A DNA stretch of 41,994 nt from Candidatus Magasanikiibacteriota bacterium (GTDB lineage Bacteria > Patescibacteriota > Patescibacteriia > Magasanikbacterales > UBA922): assembly GCA_035438805.1 (NCBI GenBank), contig DAORJA010000002.1:1-41994 (forward strand), given 5' to 3'. Within the stretch, counting starts at the first letter, position 1. Each line of letters starts with the position of its first letter. A program made the position numbers and the translations under genes. Shown here one piece after another: positions 24,617 through 32,429 of this stretch. The notes under the pieces were generated by a model. It was not told the DNA's origin. It saw only the letters and a program-made list of their open reading frames with translations, and searched no databases.

Positions 24617-24986
24617 CTCGGCGGGCGGGGCTCGAACCCGCGACCCACTGGTTACAGTATCCTCTCTCTTTCAAGAGAGACTGGACTATGTCATCACCCA
24701 TGCCATACCTGGCAGAATAAATTCTCCAAGAGCCTGGGGGTGCGGAGCGCTTCCCGCCCCGACGATGTCGGGGAAGTACTCCCATAAAGGGATAGTCTCT
24801 GAACCTTCCTAATCCATTACTAATTCCAGTAAAACTGGAGTATCGGACTAGGCTTGGCTGCAGGTTACCCTATGAAAAAATCCATAGTAGCGGTTTCCTG
24901 CAATTCACTCCGTTGGCATCCTGACATTACTATCAGGAGCTGCTAATTTTTAACAGCCAGTTGCTCTACCGCTGAGCTACCGCCGA
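24617..24986 (-). tRNA. tRNA-Asn(GTT) interrupted by a group I intron (exon 1 24986-24953, exon 2 24654-24617)
   Basis: The joined exons give TCGGCGG-TA-GCTC-AGCGGTA-GAGC-A-ACTGG-CTGTTAA-CCAGT-GGGTC-GCGGG-TTCGAGC-CCCGC-CCGCCGA-G. This is a 72-nt cloverleaf with all stems Watson-Crick. CCA is not encoded. Confidence 0.9.
24655..24952 (-). ncRNA. group I self-splicing intron (IC3-like), 298 nt, no ORF
   Basis: P1 pairs exon GCUGU with intron GCAGC, with a U.G pair at the 5' splice site. The intron ends in G. P7 halves are GACUAU and AUAGUC. Core tracts CCUGCAGCCAAGCC and GGAAGGUUCAGAGACUAUCCC resemble the Azoarcus and cyanobacterial tRNA introns. A P9-like UCUCUCU-UGAA-AGAGAGA hairpin is present. 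Confidence 0.8.
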
Positions 24987-25007
24987 ATATATGCGTAAAC
25001 CTGCTAC

Positions 25008-25036
25008 AGCATACTATATAAATCGTGTTTAGTCAA
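25008..25036 (-). promoter_or_regulatory. sigma-70-type promoter of tRNA-Asn
   Basis: Minus strand: TTGACT (25036-25031), 17 nt, TATGCT (25013-25008). Lies about 20 nt upstream of the tRNA 5' end. Confidence 0.5.
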
Positions 25037-25120
25037 TCAGTATTGAAGATATATATGGTAGGGTATATCCACATGTGCATTTGCTAACAAAAAATCCTTT
25101 GTCTTTAGGTAGTGGGATTT

Positions 25121-25149
25121 ATATACAAAAACCGCTCGTCCGAGCGGTT
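25121..25149 (-). terminator. Rho-independent terminator after def
   Basis: CCGCTC-gtcc-GAGCGG flanked by A- and T-runs. Confidence 0.6.
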
Positions 25150-25161
25150 GTATTTTTTGGA

Positions 25162-25659
25162 TTATTTTTTTATTTCTTTTAGATCGACTGCTTTGGTAGT
25201 AAACAATACTCCATCCAAATGATCAACTTCGTGCTGTATTACGCGGGCAAAGAAATTTCGAGCTTCAAATGATAACTTATTGCCATGTCGATCAAGCGCC
25301 TCTACATGTATTGCTGAGTATCTTTTGACAGTACCGTAGACCCCAGGGATCGATAAGCATCCTTCTTGGTCATTATTTGTTTTTTTACTGGTTTTTACCC
25401 ACGTTGGATTAATAAGAACTAAATCATCATAAGGAACGGTAGTCTTTCGGTCCATCTTGATTGCTTCTTTTCCAATAATACATACACGTACTGAATGATT
25501 AACTTGTGGAGCGGCTAGTCCTATACCTTCACTTTCATACATCTTCGGGATCATTGCAGAAATTAACTCTTGAATTTTAGGTGTGTTAATTTCTGCGAGC
25601 GTAAGTTCTCGCGCTGGAGTTTCGAGGATTTTGTCTGGAACAGTAATTATAGTAAGCAT
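25162..25659 (-). CDS. def: peptide deformylase
   Basis: Motifs GIGLAAPQV, EGCLSIPG and QHEVDHLDG. Confidence 0.92.
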   Translation of the reverse strand: MLTIITVPDKILETPARELTLAEINTPKIQELISAMIPKMYESEGIGLAAPQVNHSVRVCIIGKEAIKMDRKTTVPYDDLVLINPTWVKTSKKTNNDQEGCLSIPGVYGTVKRYSAIHVEALDRHGNKLSFEARNFFARVIQHEVDHLDGVLFTTKAVDLKEIKK

Positions 25660-25671
25660 ACGAAGATAAAA

Positions 25672-27591
25672 CTAGGGAGAAAAAATGGAAATTGGATTAA
25701 GATCAACTACGCATCCTGTTGGCAAATAAGGAGTAAGTAATTCAGCGACACGGCGAACATCTTTTGGGGCAGTTTTTACGATCACTCCCCACCAATACAT
25801 CCCTTTGTGGTAGGCAGGATGAGTTTCAAAGATTTCGCTTACCGTAGCAATAATATTAGCTTGTGTCAATTGTCGCGTAATATCTTCCCTGAAATGTTCA
25901 GCCCGTGTCCGTGTACCAGACTTGTGTACTGAGGATAAAGTATATTTTATCACACTTTGATACGGTGAGTAACCTAATTTTTGTCGCAGGCTTAATTCTG
26001 TGCGGTAAATCCGGTCAGGTTCTGAAAAAAGTTTAAAAATAGGTTTGTCAGAAGAATTAGTCTCTATAATAAATTGAGAGTTAGTATTTCTGAGATAATT
26101 AAACGTACTTAGTAAATGAACCACATGTTCAAATGTTTGAAATTCGGGAATGGCCAGATATCGCTCAAGATCAAGAATGACATAGAGCCCAGTAGATTCA
26201 GGTCTAATGTGCGGGAATATCTTTTCTGTTCCAATAATCACGCGAGGAGTACTGTCGTTAAGTTTTGCGAGTGTATCGGCAGAAGTATTATCATCGATTC
26301 GAAATACAGGAATCAAAATATCTTCCTTGGTAAATAATTCTGAAAAATATGAAGCAATTTTTTCAGTTCCGGCTCCACGTAGAAGCATCATGGTTGATTT
26401 GCATACACTGCAAGTTGTAGGAAGTGGGCGTTGTTCATCTCCATGGGTTCCGTGCATCATCCGAGTATCCTCACGGTATGTCATAGGTAATCCTGTGAGG
26501 GGAGAAGTTTCAATGTGTCCGCAATTTTTGCATACAACCATTGTTGCAAATCCTTTACGTTGTACGAGTATTACAATATCTTGTGATTTTTTTGTAGCAA
26601 CTTCTACGATTCTCTCTTCAGTTATAATAGAGGACACTCGTCCATCACGTGGTTGCGGTGTATGTTCAATAATATGGATGGTCTCATGTATTGCTTTTCT
26701 GGTTTCAAATAGTAAGCCGCCAGAATACGTTGAACCATTTGCTATGCAGGGCATTTTTTCTTTTACAATTTTGTAATATAGGTCAAAACTTGGTGAAAAG
26801 CTGGTGTAAATACACTGAGACTGGTATTGCGTGCCAAGAAGACGCACGACATCTCGCGCATGGTATTTGGGCTGCTGATCATAACTCTTGTACTGTTCGT
26901 CATGCTCATGGGTAATGATAATTCGATCAAGGCGGGTAAAAGGCAAAGCAAGACTGCTTCTCGTACCAAGAATAATTATTGGGTCAATATTGTTGCGTAC
27001 TCTAAGCCATAAGTTGAATTTGTCTTTCTCGCTAAGATCTGATTGCCATATAACAACTTCGGGTGAGTTATTTTTTTGGAGAATATTTTTTAATGTTTCA
27101 ATCTGTGTCACTTCAGGAACCAGAATGAGAGTAGTGTGTACATGATCAAGAGAAGAAAAAAACCGAGCTTCTTCTTCTGCGGTATTATAAAGAACGTAGG
27201 ATTCTTCGAATTTACTCTCCGGAATGGATACTAGTGTATGAGGTTCAAGAGCAATTTTTTTTATTTTCCTCTTCTGTATTGGTAATGATGAAGTTTTATA
27301 TAGAGTCGCAAGGGATGTTGCATACAGAATAGAGAGTTCACGTAATACGCTTTGCGTAGCAGGAGGGAATAATGGTATATCATGAACAATCGCAGTAATT
27401 GGTTTGTATGCATAGTTGGAATTTTGTGCAGCGGAAACCGAAATTACCACTCCGAATTCAAGTGTTTTGCGAAGTTGAATTTGTACGAGCTGTCCTTGCG
27501 CAATAGTATCCTCAAGTTCTGTAGGAATCGAGTAATCAAACAATGAAGTATGCCGCGGAAGACGCTTCAGTGGGACAATAGTCGCTATCAT
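25672..27591 (-). CDS. priA: primosomal protein N' (PriA)-like protein with degenerate ATPase motifs
   Basis: PriA-like order: N-terminal 3'-DNA-binding-like domain, LILVPEV...IILGTRSSLALPF...HEHDEQYKSYDQQPKYHARDV, and zinc-finger CxxC pairs (CKNC, CSVC). No GxGKT Walker A is present, and DEEH is replaced by THEH. Confidence 0.7.
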   Translation of the reverse strand: MIATIVPLKRLPRHTSLFDYSIPTELEDTIAQGQLVQIQLRKTLEFGVVISVSAAQNSNYAYKPITAIVHDIPLFPPATQSVLRELSILYATSLATLYKTSSLPIQKRKIKKIALEPHTLVSIPESKFEESYVLYNTAEEEARFFSSLDHVHTTLILVPEVTQIETLKNILQKNNSPEVVIWQSDLSEKDKFNLWLRVRNNIDPIIILGTRSSLALPFTRLDRIIITHEHDEQYKSYDQQPKYHARDVVRLLGTQYQSQCIYTSFSPSFDLYYKIVKEKMPCIANGSTYSGGLLFETRKAIHETIHIIEHTPQPRDGRVSSIITEERIVEVATKKSQDIVILVQRKGFATMVVCKNCGHIETSPLTGLPMTYREDTRMMHGTHGDEQRPLPTTCSVCKSTMMLLRGAGTEKIASYFSELFTKEDILIPVFRIDDNTSADTLAKLNDSTPRVIIGTEKIFPHIRPESTGLYVILDLERYLAIPEFQTFEHVVHLLSTFNYLRNTNSQFIIETNSSDKPIFKLFSEPDRIYRTELSLRQKLGYSPYQSVIKYTLSSVHKSGTRTRAEHFREDITRQLTQANIIATVSEIFETHPAYHKGMYWWGVIVKTAPKDVRRVAELLTPYLPTGCVVDLNPISIFSP

Positions 27592-27601
27592 GAATGTGCG
27601 T

Positions 27602-28396
27602 TTAGGAGAAAACGAATTCTGCTGTGAGGTATCCTACGCCAAAAGGATGTTCATACGCAAGGCGTTTGAATTCGTAGTTGATGTTCTTGAGTGATCCGAG
27701 AAGCATGAGCAGCGGCTTATATCCCGTTTCAGCTGCAGATTCTATAAATTCAGGATCAAGGGTCGCAATGCCGCTTGTATTGTGTGATTGGAGGAGTTCA
27801 ATAATTGTGTCATCAAATTTTTTTCCAGCTTCACGGAATCCAGCCGGTGAATCAGTGGTGATGCCGTGTGAAAGATTTGCTGAAGCAATAAGCGCGACAC
27901 GTTTGTCTGAATCCATGCAGACTTCTTTAATGAGATTACCAAAACTAAGGTGAGTTTTGGCGTCCAAATCGCACGGACCTATAGGTAATACTTTTATATG
28001 TGTAAGATGTCCTGCAAGAGAGTGGAGAGGGACGGTGGAACCATGATCAAGTTTGTCTTCGCTTATGAGCTTGAGTGGTATATTTTCTCTGCTTGCACCA
28101 TGAGCGATCTTTGCTGCAAAGTCAGGAGATCCAACAAATTCTCGGGTAAGCGAATGGTCACCGAATTCTTCAAATGAAGACGTAAACTTAGTGTGAGCAT
28201 TTATTACAAACGTATCAGAGTGGGCCTGAAAGTGTGGAGTAAAAATAATAATCAAATGGGGTTTTGAAAGATACAAATTTTCTTCGAGTGTTGAAAGTGC
28301 CTCGATCGTTTTAATTGCTTTGTCGCGGTCAGACCCACCAACAGGTGGAACAAGCACTGGTGAATGGGGGACAATGGCTCCAAATACGAGAGGCAT
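27602..28396 (-). CDS. LigB-family (class III extradiol dioxygenase subunit B-like) protein
   Basis: AIVPHSPVL, DHGSTVPL and SANLSH motifs. ATG at 28396 is preferred (11 nt after the upstream stop). The track uses GTG at 28429, which overlaps the upstream gene. Confidence 0.65.
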   Translation of the reverse strand: MPLVFGAIVPHSPVLVPPVGGSDRDKAIKTIEALSTLEENLYLSKPHLIIIFTPHFQAHSDTFVINAHTKFTSSFEEFGDHSLTREFVGSPDFAAKIAHGASRENIPLKLISEDKLDHGSTVPLHSLAGHLTHIKVLPIGPCDLDAKTHLSFGNLIKEVCMDSDKRVALIASANLSHGITTDSPAGFREAGKKFDDTIIELLQSHNTSGIATLDPEFIESAAETGYKPLLMLLGSLKNINYEFKRLAYEHPFGVGYLTAEFVFS

Positions 28397-28407
28397 AAGT
28401 AGGGGGG

Positions 28408-30702
28408 TTAGAAATTTTTGAGTGCCCACGAAGCAAATCGATTTGGCTCGTCGAATCGAGATTCGAGACCAAAGTCAGGATTACCCATGGTAAGAAGAAT
28501 GAATTTTTTACCGTCCTGGTTTCTTTCGACGAGCATGATAAGACAACTGCCTGATTCATAGAGAAAACCAGTCTTGCTTGCGAGTATAGTGTATGGCAAA
28601 TCTCGCTTGAGTAGTGTGTTGCTGTGGATTTCCGTATGTCTTACGGTGGCATCACTGCTCGTGAGCTCGTCATATGAATACCGTCCAGTACCCAGGGCTG
28701 TCGCTATCGTATCACTTTTAATGGCTTCGCGGAATAGGGTCAATACTTCCTTACCAGTTCCCACATTCGCAGGATCATACCCATAGGAATCAGTAAAATA
28801 CATGTCAGTAAGGCCCAAACGCTGTGCTTCTATATTCATAAGCTTTGCAAAACTCTGAACAGTATATCCAAGACTGTCTGCGAGCATCACAGAAGCGGTA
28901 TTGTTCGAGCCAATAAGCATGGAGTAGAGAATATCCTTATTTTGGAGGGTGTCACCCTCAGCTACTGCAAAATTGTGATACGCAGATTTATGTTTTGATG
29001 CGGTGTAGGTTGTTGAATCAGTAAGGGGTAGTTGTTGATCAATTAGTACATGAGCGGTCATGAGCTTGGTAAGTGAAGCAAGTGGGCGCACAGTGTCTAT
29101 ATTTTTCCCCGCTAGAATAGTACCGTCGGTATCAGCGACAATATACGAGTCAATCGGAGTTTCAAATGTAGTGCCTATAAATGAAACATGGTCCGCGGGA
29201 GTCCGGACCATGTAATCGACTGGTTTTTTGGTTTCAGTTGTAGGTGTTTGAGTGGTGGGTGGTAGAGTATTAACGGTGGTTTGAGTGGAATTAGAAGAGG
29301 TTGAAGTCGAAGGTTTCAGATAAATTGGTTCTCCAGTCTCATGTGCCATTCCTACATATTCATTTACCCATACAATATTTTTTGGATTAAATCCAAGTCC
29401 ATTAAACACATCTTCACTCGCAATGTGTCGTTTCTTGCCTTTTTCTACGACGTATACTTCATTAAATCCTTTGATTCCAAACACAGTACCATCTTTGAGG
29501 ATTACCGGAGGACCAAATGTTGCCCCCAGTGTTCCTACCTGGTCAGTCGAGAGTTTTTCAAGTTGCAAGTGGGAAAAGTTAGTTTTGAGAATTGCTGGAT
29601 CAAATATCGGATGCATTAATCCTTCATCCACAAAATATACATTTTTTGATTCCTTGATTTCAATGATACGGCCCAGTGGAGTCGTCGCTCCGGTACCTTC
29701 AATCATTTTGCCGAGGATGTATGGATCGAGGTCACTTGAGCTTACGTTGATAATCTCATCAGGATTATATCCAATCTGTTTGAGAGTTTCGGCGCTTGCA
29801 AAAGGACGTTTGAAATCATAGTCAAGTAGATAATAGGTAGATCCATCAAATGCTATCGAATAGTTGGGAAGAGAAATATTTTTTCCTTCAGCATAGCGGG
29901 AAAGTTCGCTCACAGGAACTGTGAGGATTAATTTTGGATCAAAACGTGTTGCAAGGGCGCTCATGCTCGTAAATCTTCGTTTTTCTCCATCCTGAATCAG
30001 ATATACATCAGGCGCATCTGCAGTTTTTATGAGCGATCCGTCAGGGTACACTTGATCAAACCATTCTTGCCATAATTTCCAAAAATTCAAATTTCCTTGA
30101 AGATGAGGAGTGTAGGTATAGAGGAATGCGGTCGCATAATTTGCAGGAGTAACTATTGCATCATCAATAGTATAGGTAGTCATTGCTCGTTTGATCCACC
30201 CTTGAGAGTTAACGTTGTCGTAATACCAGCGCATGATGCCTGCGGCACTGTCCACTTGTGTTCCAAATCCTTTGTGTTTCTGAATATCCGGATCACTCAT
30301 GGAGCAACTATCACACACACCATATCCGGTAGCCCAATCCAATTGTTTTTGTGTTGGATTGTCTTCAGAAATCAAACTTTGCTCCTTCTGTAGTTTGACA
30401 AGAACATATTTTGGATTGATTCTATTGTCTACAGCAGCTTGGTAAATAATGTCAGATGCGGGTCGTTCAATTCCATCTTTATCCGGAGTGGTGAGATTTG
30501 CAATATAGCTTCCTTTATCAGTAAGGAATGCTTGGATATCTTCACGGTTCATACTCTGCCAATTCTGCATCTCTTCGTCACTCAAGAGGTAATTAGGATC
30601 AAAAGTGGCTGCAGAGAGGGAACTCGGGAGAGTTAAAATAAGCGAAACAAAACCAAATAAAGCCTTTTTATATAATTGCATAGGAATTTTAATTATAAGC
30701 AT
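28408..30702 (-). CDS. secreted D-alanyl-D-alanine carboxypeptidase (peptidase S11) with large N-terminal extension
   Basis: The C-terminal domain has SLTK (SxxK), SNN (SxN) and KTG motifs. About 480 aa of uncharacterised N-terminal region. A signal peptide is obvious if the start is ATG 30681 (MQLYKKALFGFVSLILTLPSSLSA). Confidence 0.8.
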   Translation of the reverse strand: MLIIKIPMQLYKKALFGFVSLILTLPSSLSAATFDPNYLLSDEEMQNWQSMNREDIQAFLTDKGSYIANLTTPDKDGIERPASDIIYQAAVDNRINPKYVLVKLQKEQSLISEDNPTQKQLDWATGYGVCDSCSMSDPDIQKHKGFGTQVDSAAGIMRWYYDNVNSQGWIKRAMTTYTIDDAIVTPANYATAFLYTYTPHLQGNLNFWKLWQEWFDQVYPDGSLIKTADAPDVYLIQDGEKRRFTSMSALATRFDPKLILTVPVSELSRYAEGKNISLPNYSIAFDGSTYYLLDYDFKRPFASAETLKQIGYNPDEIINVSSSDLDPYILGKMIEGTGATTPLGRIIEIKESKNVYFVDEGLMHPIFDPAILKTNFSHLQLEKLSTDQVGTLGATFGPPVILKDGTVFGIKGFNEVYVVEKGKKRHIASEDVFNGLGFNPKNIVWVNEYVGMAHETGEPIYLKPSTSTSSNSTQTTVNTLPPTTQTPTTETKKPVDYMVRTPADHVSFIGTTFETPIDSYIVADTDGTILAGKNIDTVRPLASLTKLMTAHVLIDQQLPLTDSTTYTASKHKSAYHNFAVAEGDTLQNKDILYSMLIGSNNTASVMLADSLGYTVQSFAKLMNIEAQRLGLTDMYFTDSYGYDPANVGTGKEVLTLFREAIKSDTIATALGTGRYSYDELTSSDATVRHTEIHSNTLLKRDLPYTILASKTGFLYESGSCLIMLVERNQDGKKFILLTMGNPDFGLESRFDEPNRFASWALKNF

Positions 30703-30834
30703 AGTCTAGTATAGCAAAAAAAGTACGAGCTCTCCAGTATTATGCACAAAGTTTTGGCAAAATAGCTAAGCTGAGCTATATAATAATCCCGAAATGTTGA
30801 AATTTTTTTCTGCTGTGGTAATAAGGAGTGCGTC

Positions 30835-30945
30835 ATGCTGAAGATGATTCTCGAGTTCATTCAATTTCTGGACGACCTGATCCTTCGCTGGTGGCTCAGA
30901 AGCGGCAGCTCAAAGCTCCTCGCGACCAGTTACACCGACGCCTGA
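30835..30945 (+). CDS. candidate 36-aa peptide, GC-rich island E
   Basis: AAGGAG (30823-30828) lies 6 nt before the ATG. Encodes MLKMILEFIQFLDDLILRWWLRSGSSKLLATSYTDA. A terminator hairpin follows immediately. Confidence 0.35.
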   Translation: MLKMILEFIQFLDDLILRWWLRSGSSKLLATSYTDA

Positions 30946-30946
30946 A

Positions 30947-30978
30947 CCCTCGTACACAATACGGGGGCTTAATTTTTT
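30947..30978 (+). terminator. Rho-independent terminator
   Basis: CCCTCGTA-cacaa-TACGGGGG followed by CTTAATTTTTT. Confidence 0.55.
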
Positions 30979-31098
30979 AGACACATCCGTTGCATATTAC
31001 AGTTGACAGAATTACATAAAAAAATTAGGCTAGCATTAGCGCCTTGTGTCATAGTGATCAATGGTCGCTGGTACACAGTTAGCCAAAGGAAAAAGGAA

Positions 31099-31650
31099 AT
31101 GCAACGCATCTTCGCCGCATTCCACTTCGTCATGGTGTTAGTGCTCAGTCAGTTTTCCGTCTCCTGCGACGGTAATCTCTCGGACACCTGCGCCATCTCC
31201 AATCCCTGCACATCGGTCATCGACTACGATCAATCCTCGATCGAGAAGATGCTGCACGATGTTCGGGCCGACTACGTCGACCCGAGCTTCACGAGCAGTA
31301 ACTACCCGTTCAAGAGTCACGGAACTATCACCAAAGATCTGGTATTCGTGGAAGTCGAAGTCTCGATGTCCACCGAAGAATTAATCGCGGAGATAGCCGA
31401 ACGCAGTCTCGAACTCGCGAACCTCGAGGACATGCTCGCGTTTGGGGCGCAATACCCGCCAGGAATGGTCTGGGAGCGTCCTATCGTCGTCTTCGGCTCA
31501 GATCGCGAAGACTCACCGGGTGTATGGGTCTCACCCTGCCTAGATGTGATCGAGCGAGATAGCCGGAATGCGTTCACCGCAGTGATACCGGTCTACTCAA
31601 ACGAACCTTCGTGGCAGACCGACACACGCATTCTAGCAGTAAGACCATAA
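31099..31650 (+). CDS. hypothetical lipoprotein, GC-rich island E
   Basis: ATG at 31099 is preceded by AAAGGAAAAAGGAA. Signal plus lipobox MQRIFAAFHFVMVLVLSQFSVSC. 183 aa. The track's TTG start at 31003 lies in AT-rich promoter-like sequence. Confidence 0.6.
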   Translation: MQRIFAAFHFVMVLVLSQFSVSCDGNLSDTCAISNPCTSVIDYDQSSIEKMLHDVRADYVDPSFTSSNYPFKSHGTITKDLVFVEVEVSMSTEELIAEIAERSLELANLEDMLAFGAQYPPGMVWERPIVVFGSDREDSPGVWVSPCLDVIERDSRNAFTAVIPVYSNEPSWQTDTRILAVRP

Positions 31651-31676
31651 CAGGTCTTCGCACCTCACCCTGCTCG

Positions 31677-31708
31677 CCTCCGTATCACTACGGGGGCTTT
31701 CATTTTGT
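31677..31708 (+). terminator. Rho-independent terminator
   Basis: CCTCCGTA-tcac-TACGGGGG followed by CTTTCATTTTGTTT. Near-copy of the hairpin at 30947-30978. Confidence 0.55.
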
Positions 31709-31750
31709 TTACAATAAGCGTTTTTTCTGCTACGATTTCCTTAAAATTAT

Positions 31751-32419
31751 ATGACACTCTATATTGTTGCAACGCCGATTGGTAATCTTGCTGATATAAC
31801 ATCCCGTGGTCTTGAAGTACTTTCTTCGGTAGATTTGATACTGTGCGAAGATACCCGTGTAACCGCAAACCTGCTTACTCGGTATAATGTGAAAAAAGAG
31901 ACCAAAAGTTACCATCACCATTCAACTGATGCCGTTATAAACGAAATTATTGAGCTTTTGAGGAATGGAAAGAACTTAGCCTGCGTATCTGATGCAGGAA
32001 CCCCAGGAATTAGTGATCCAGGAAATATATTGGTTTCAAAGGTTCGAGAAGCGCTGCCAGAATGCCAAATCATTCCCATTCCGGGAGCAAGTGCAGTCAT
32101 TTCAGCGCTTTCAGTATCAGGTTTTCCAACAGATAAATTTTTGTTCCTCGGTTTTCCTCCGCACAAGAAAGGCAGAAAATCTTTTTTTGAGGAAGTAGCG
32201 AATGCTGAGTATACCGTAGCGTTTTACGAATCAAATCACAGAATTAAAAAAACAATTTCAGAACTAACCGAAGTTTTGGAAAATACGAGACAAGTTGTTC
32301 TATGCCGAGAACTTACCAAAAAATTTGAAACAACATATGTAGGAACGATTGAACAAATTAAAGACACGAATATTTCAGAAAAAGGGGAGTTTGTAGTAAT
32401 CGTACGAGGTAAAAGATAA
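31751..32419 (+). CDS. rsmI: 16S rRNA (cytidine1402-2'-O)-methyltransferase
   Basis: LYIVATPIGNLADITSRGLEVLSSVDLILCEDTR N-terminus and SDAGTPGISDPG motif. Confidence 0.9.
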   Translation: MTLYIVATPIGNLADITSRGLEVLSSVDLILCEDTRVTANLLTRYNVKKETKSYHHHSTDAVINEIIELLRNGKNLACVSDAGTPGISDPGNILVSKVREALPECQIIPIPGASAVISALSVSGFPTDKFLFLGFPPHKKGRKSFFEEVANAEYTVAFYESNHRIKKTISELTEVLENTRQVVLCRELTKKFETTYVGTIEQIKDTNISEKGEFVVIVRGKR

Positions 32420-32429
32420 ACACTATATT

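Noticed and set aside
24570-24812. ORFs 24570-24812 (+, 80 aa) and 24576-24785 (-, 69 aa)
   Set aside because: Both lie entirely inside the tRNA-Asn 3' exon and the group I intron. They are mutually antisense, lack an RBS and are explained by the GC-rich structured RNA.
26116-27145. Plus-strand ORFs inside the priA region (for example 26207-26776, 189 aa)
   Set aside because: They are antisense shadows of the 639-aa priA-like gene.
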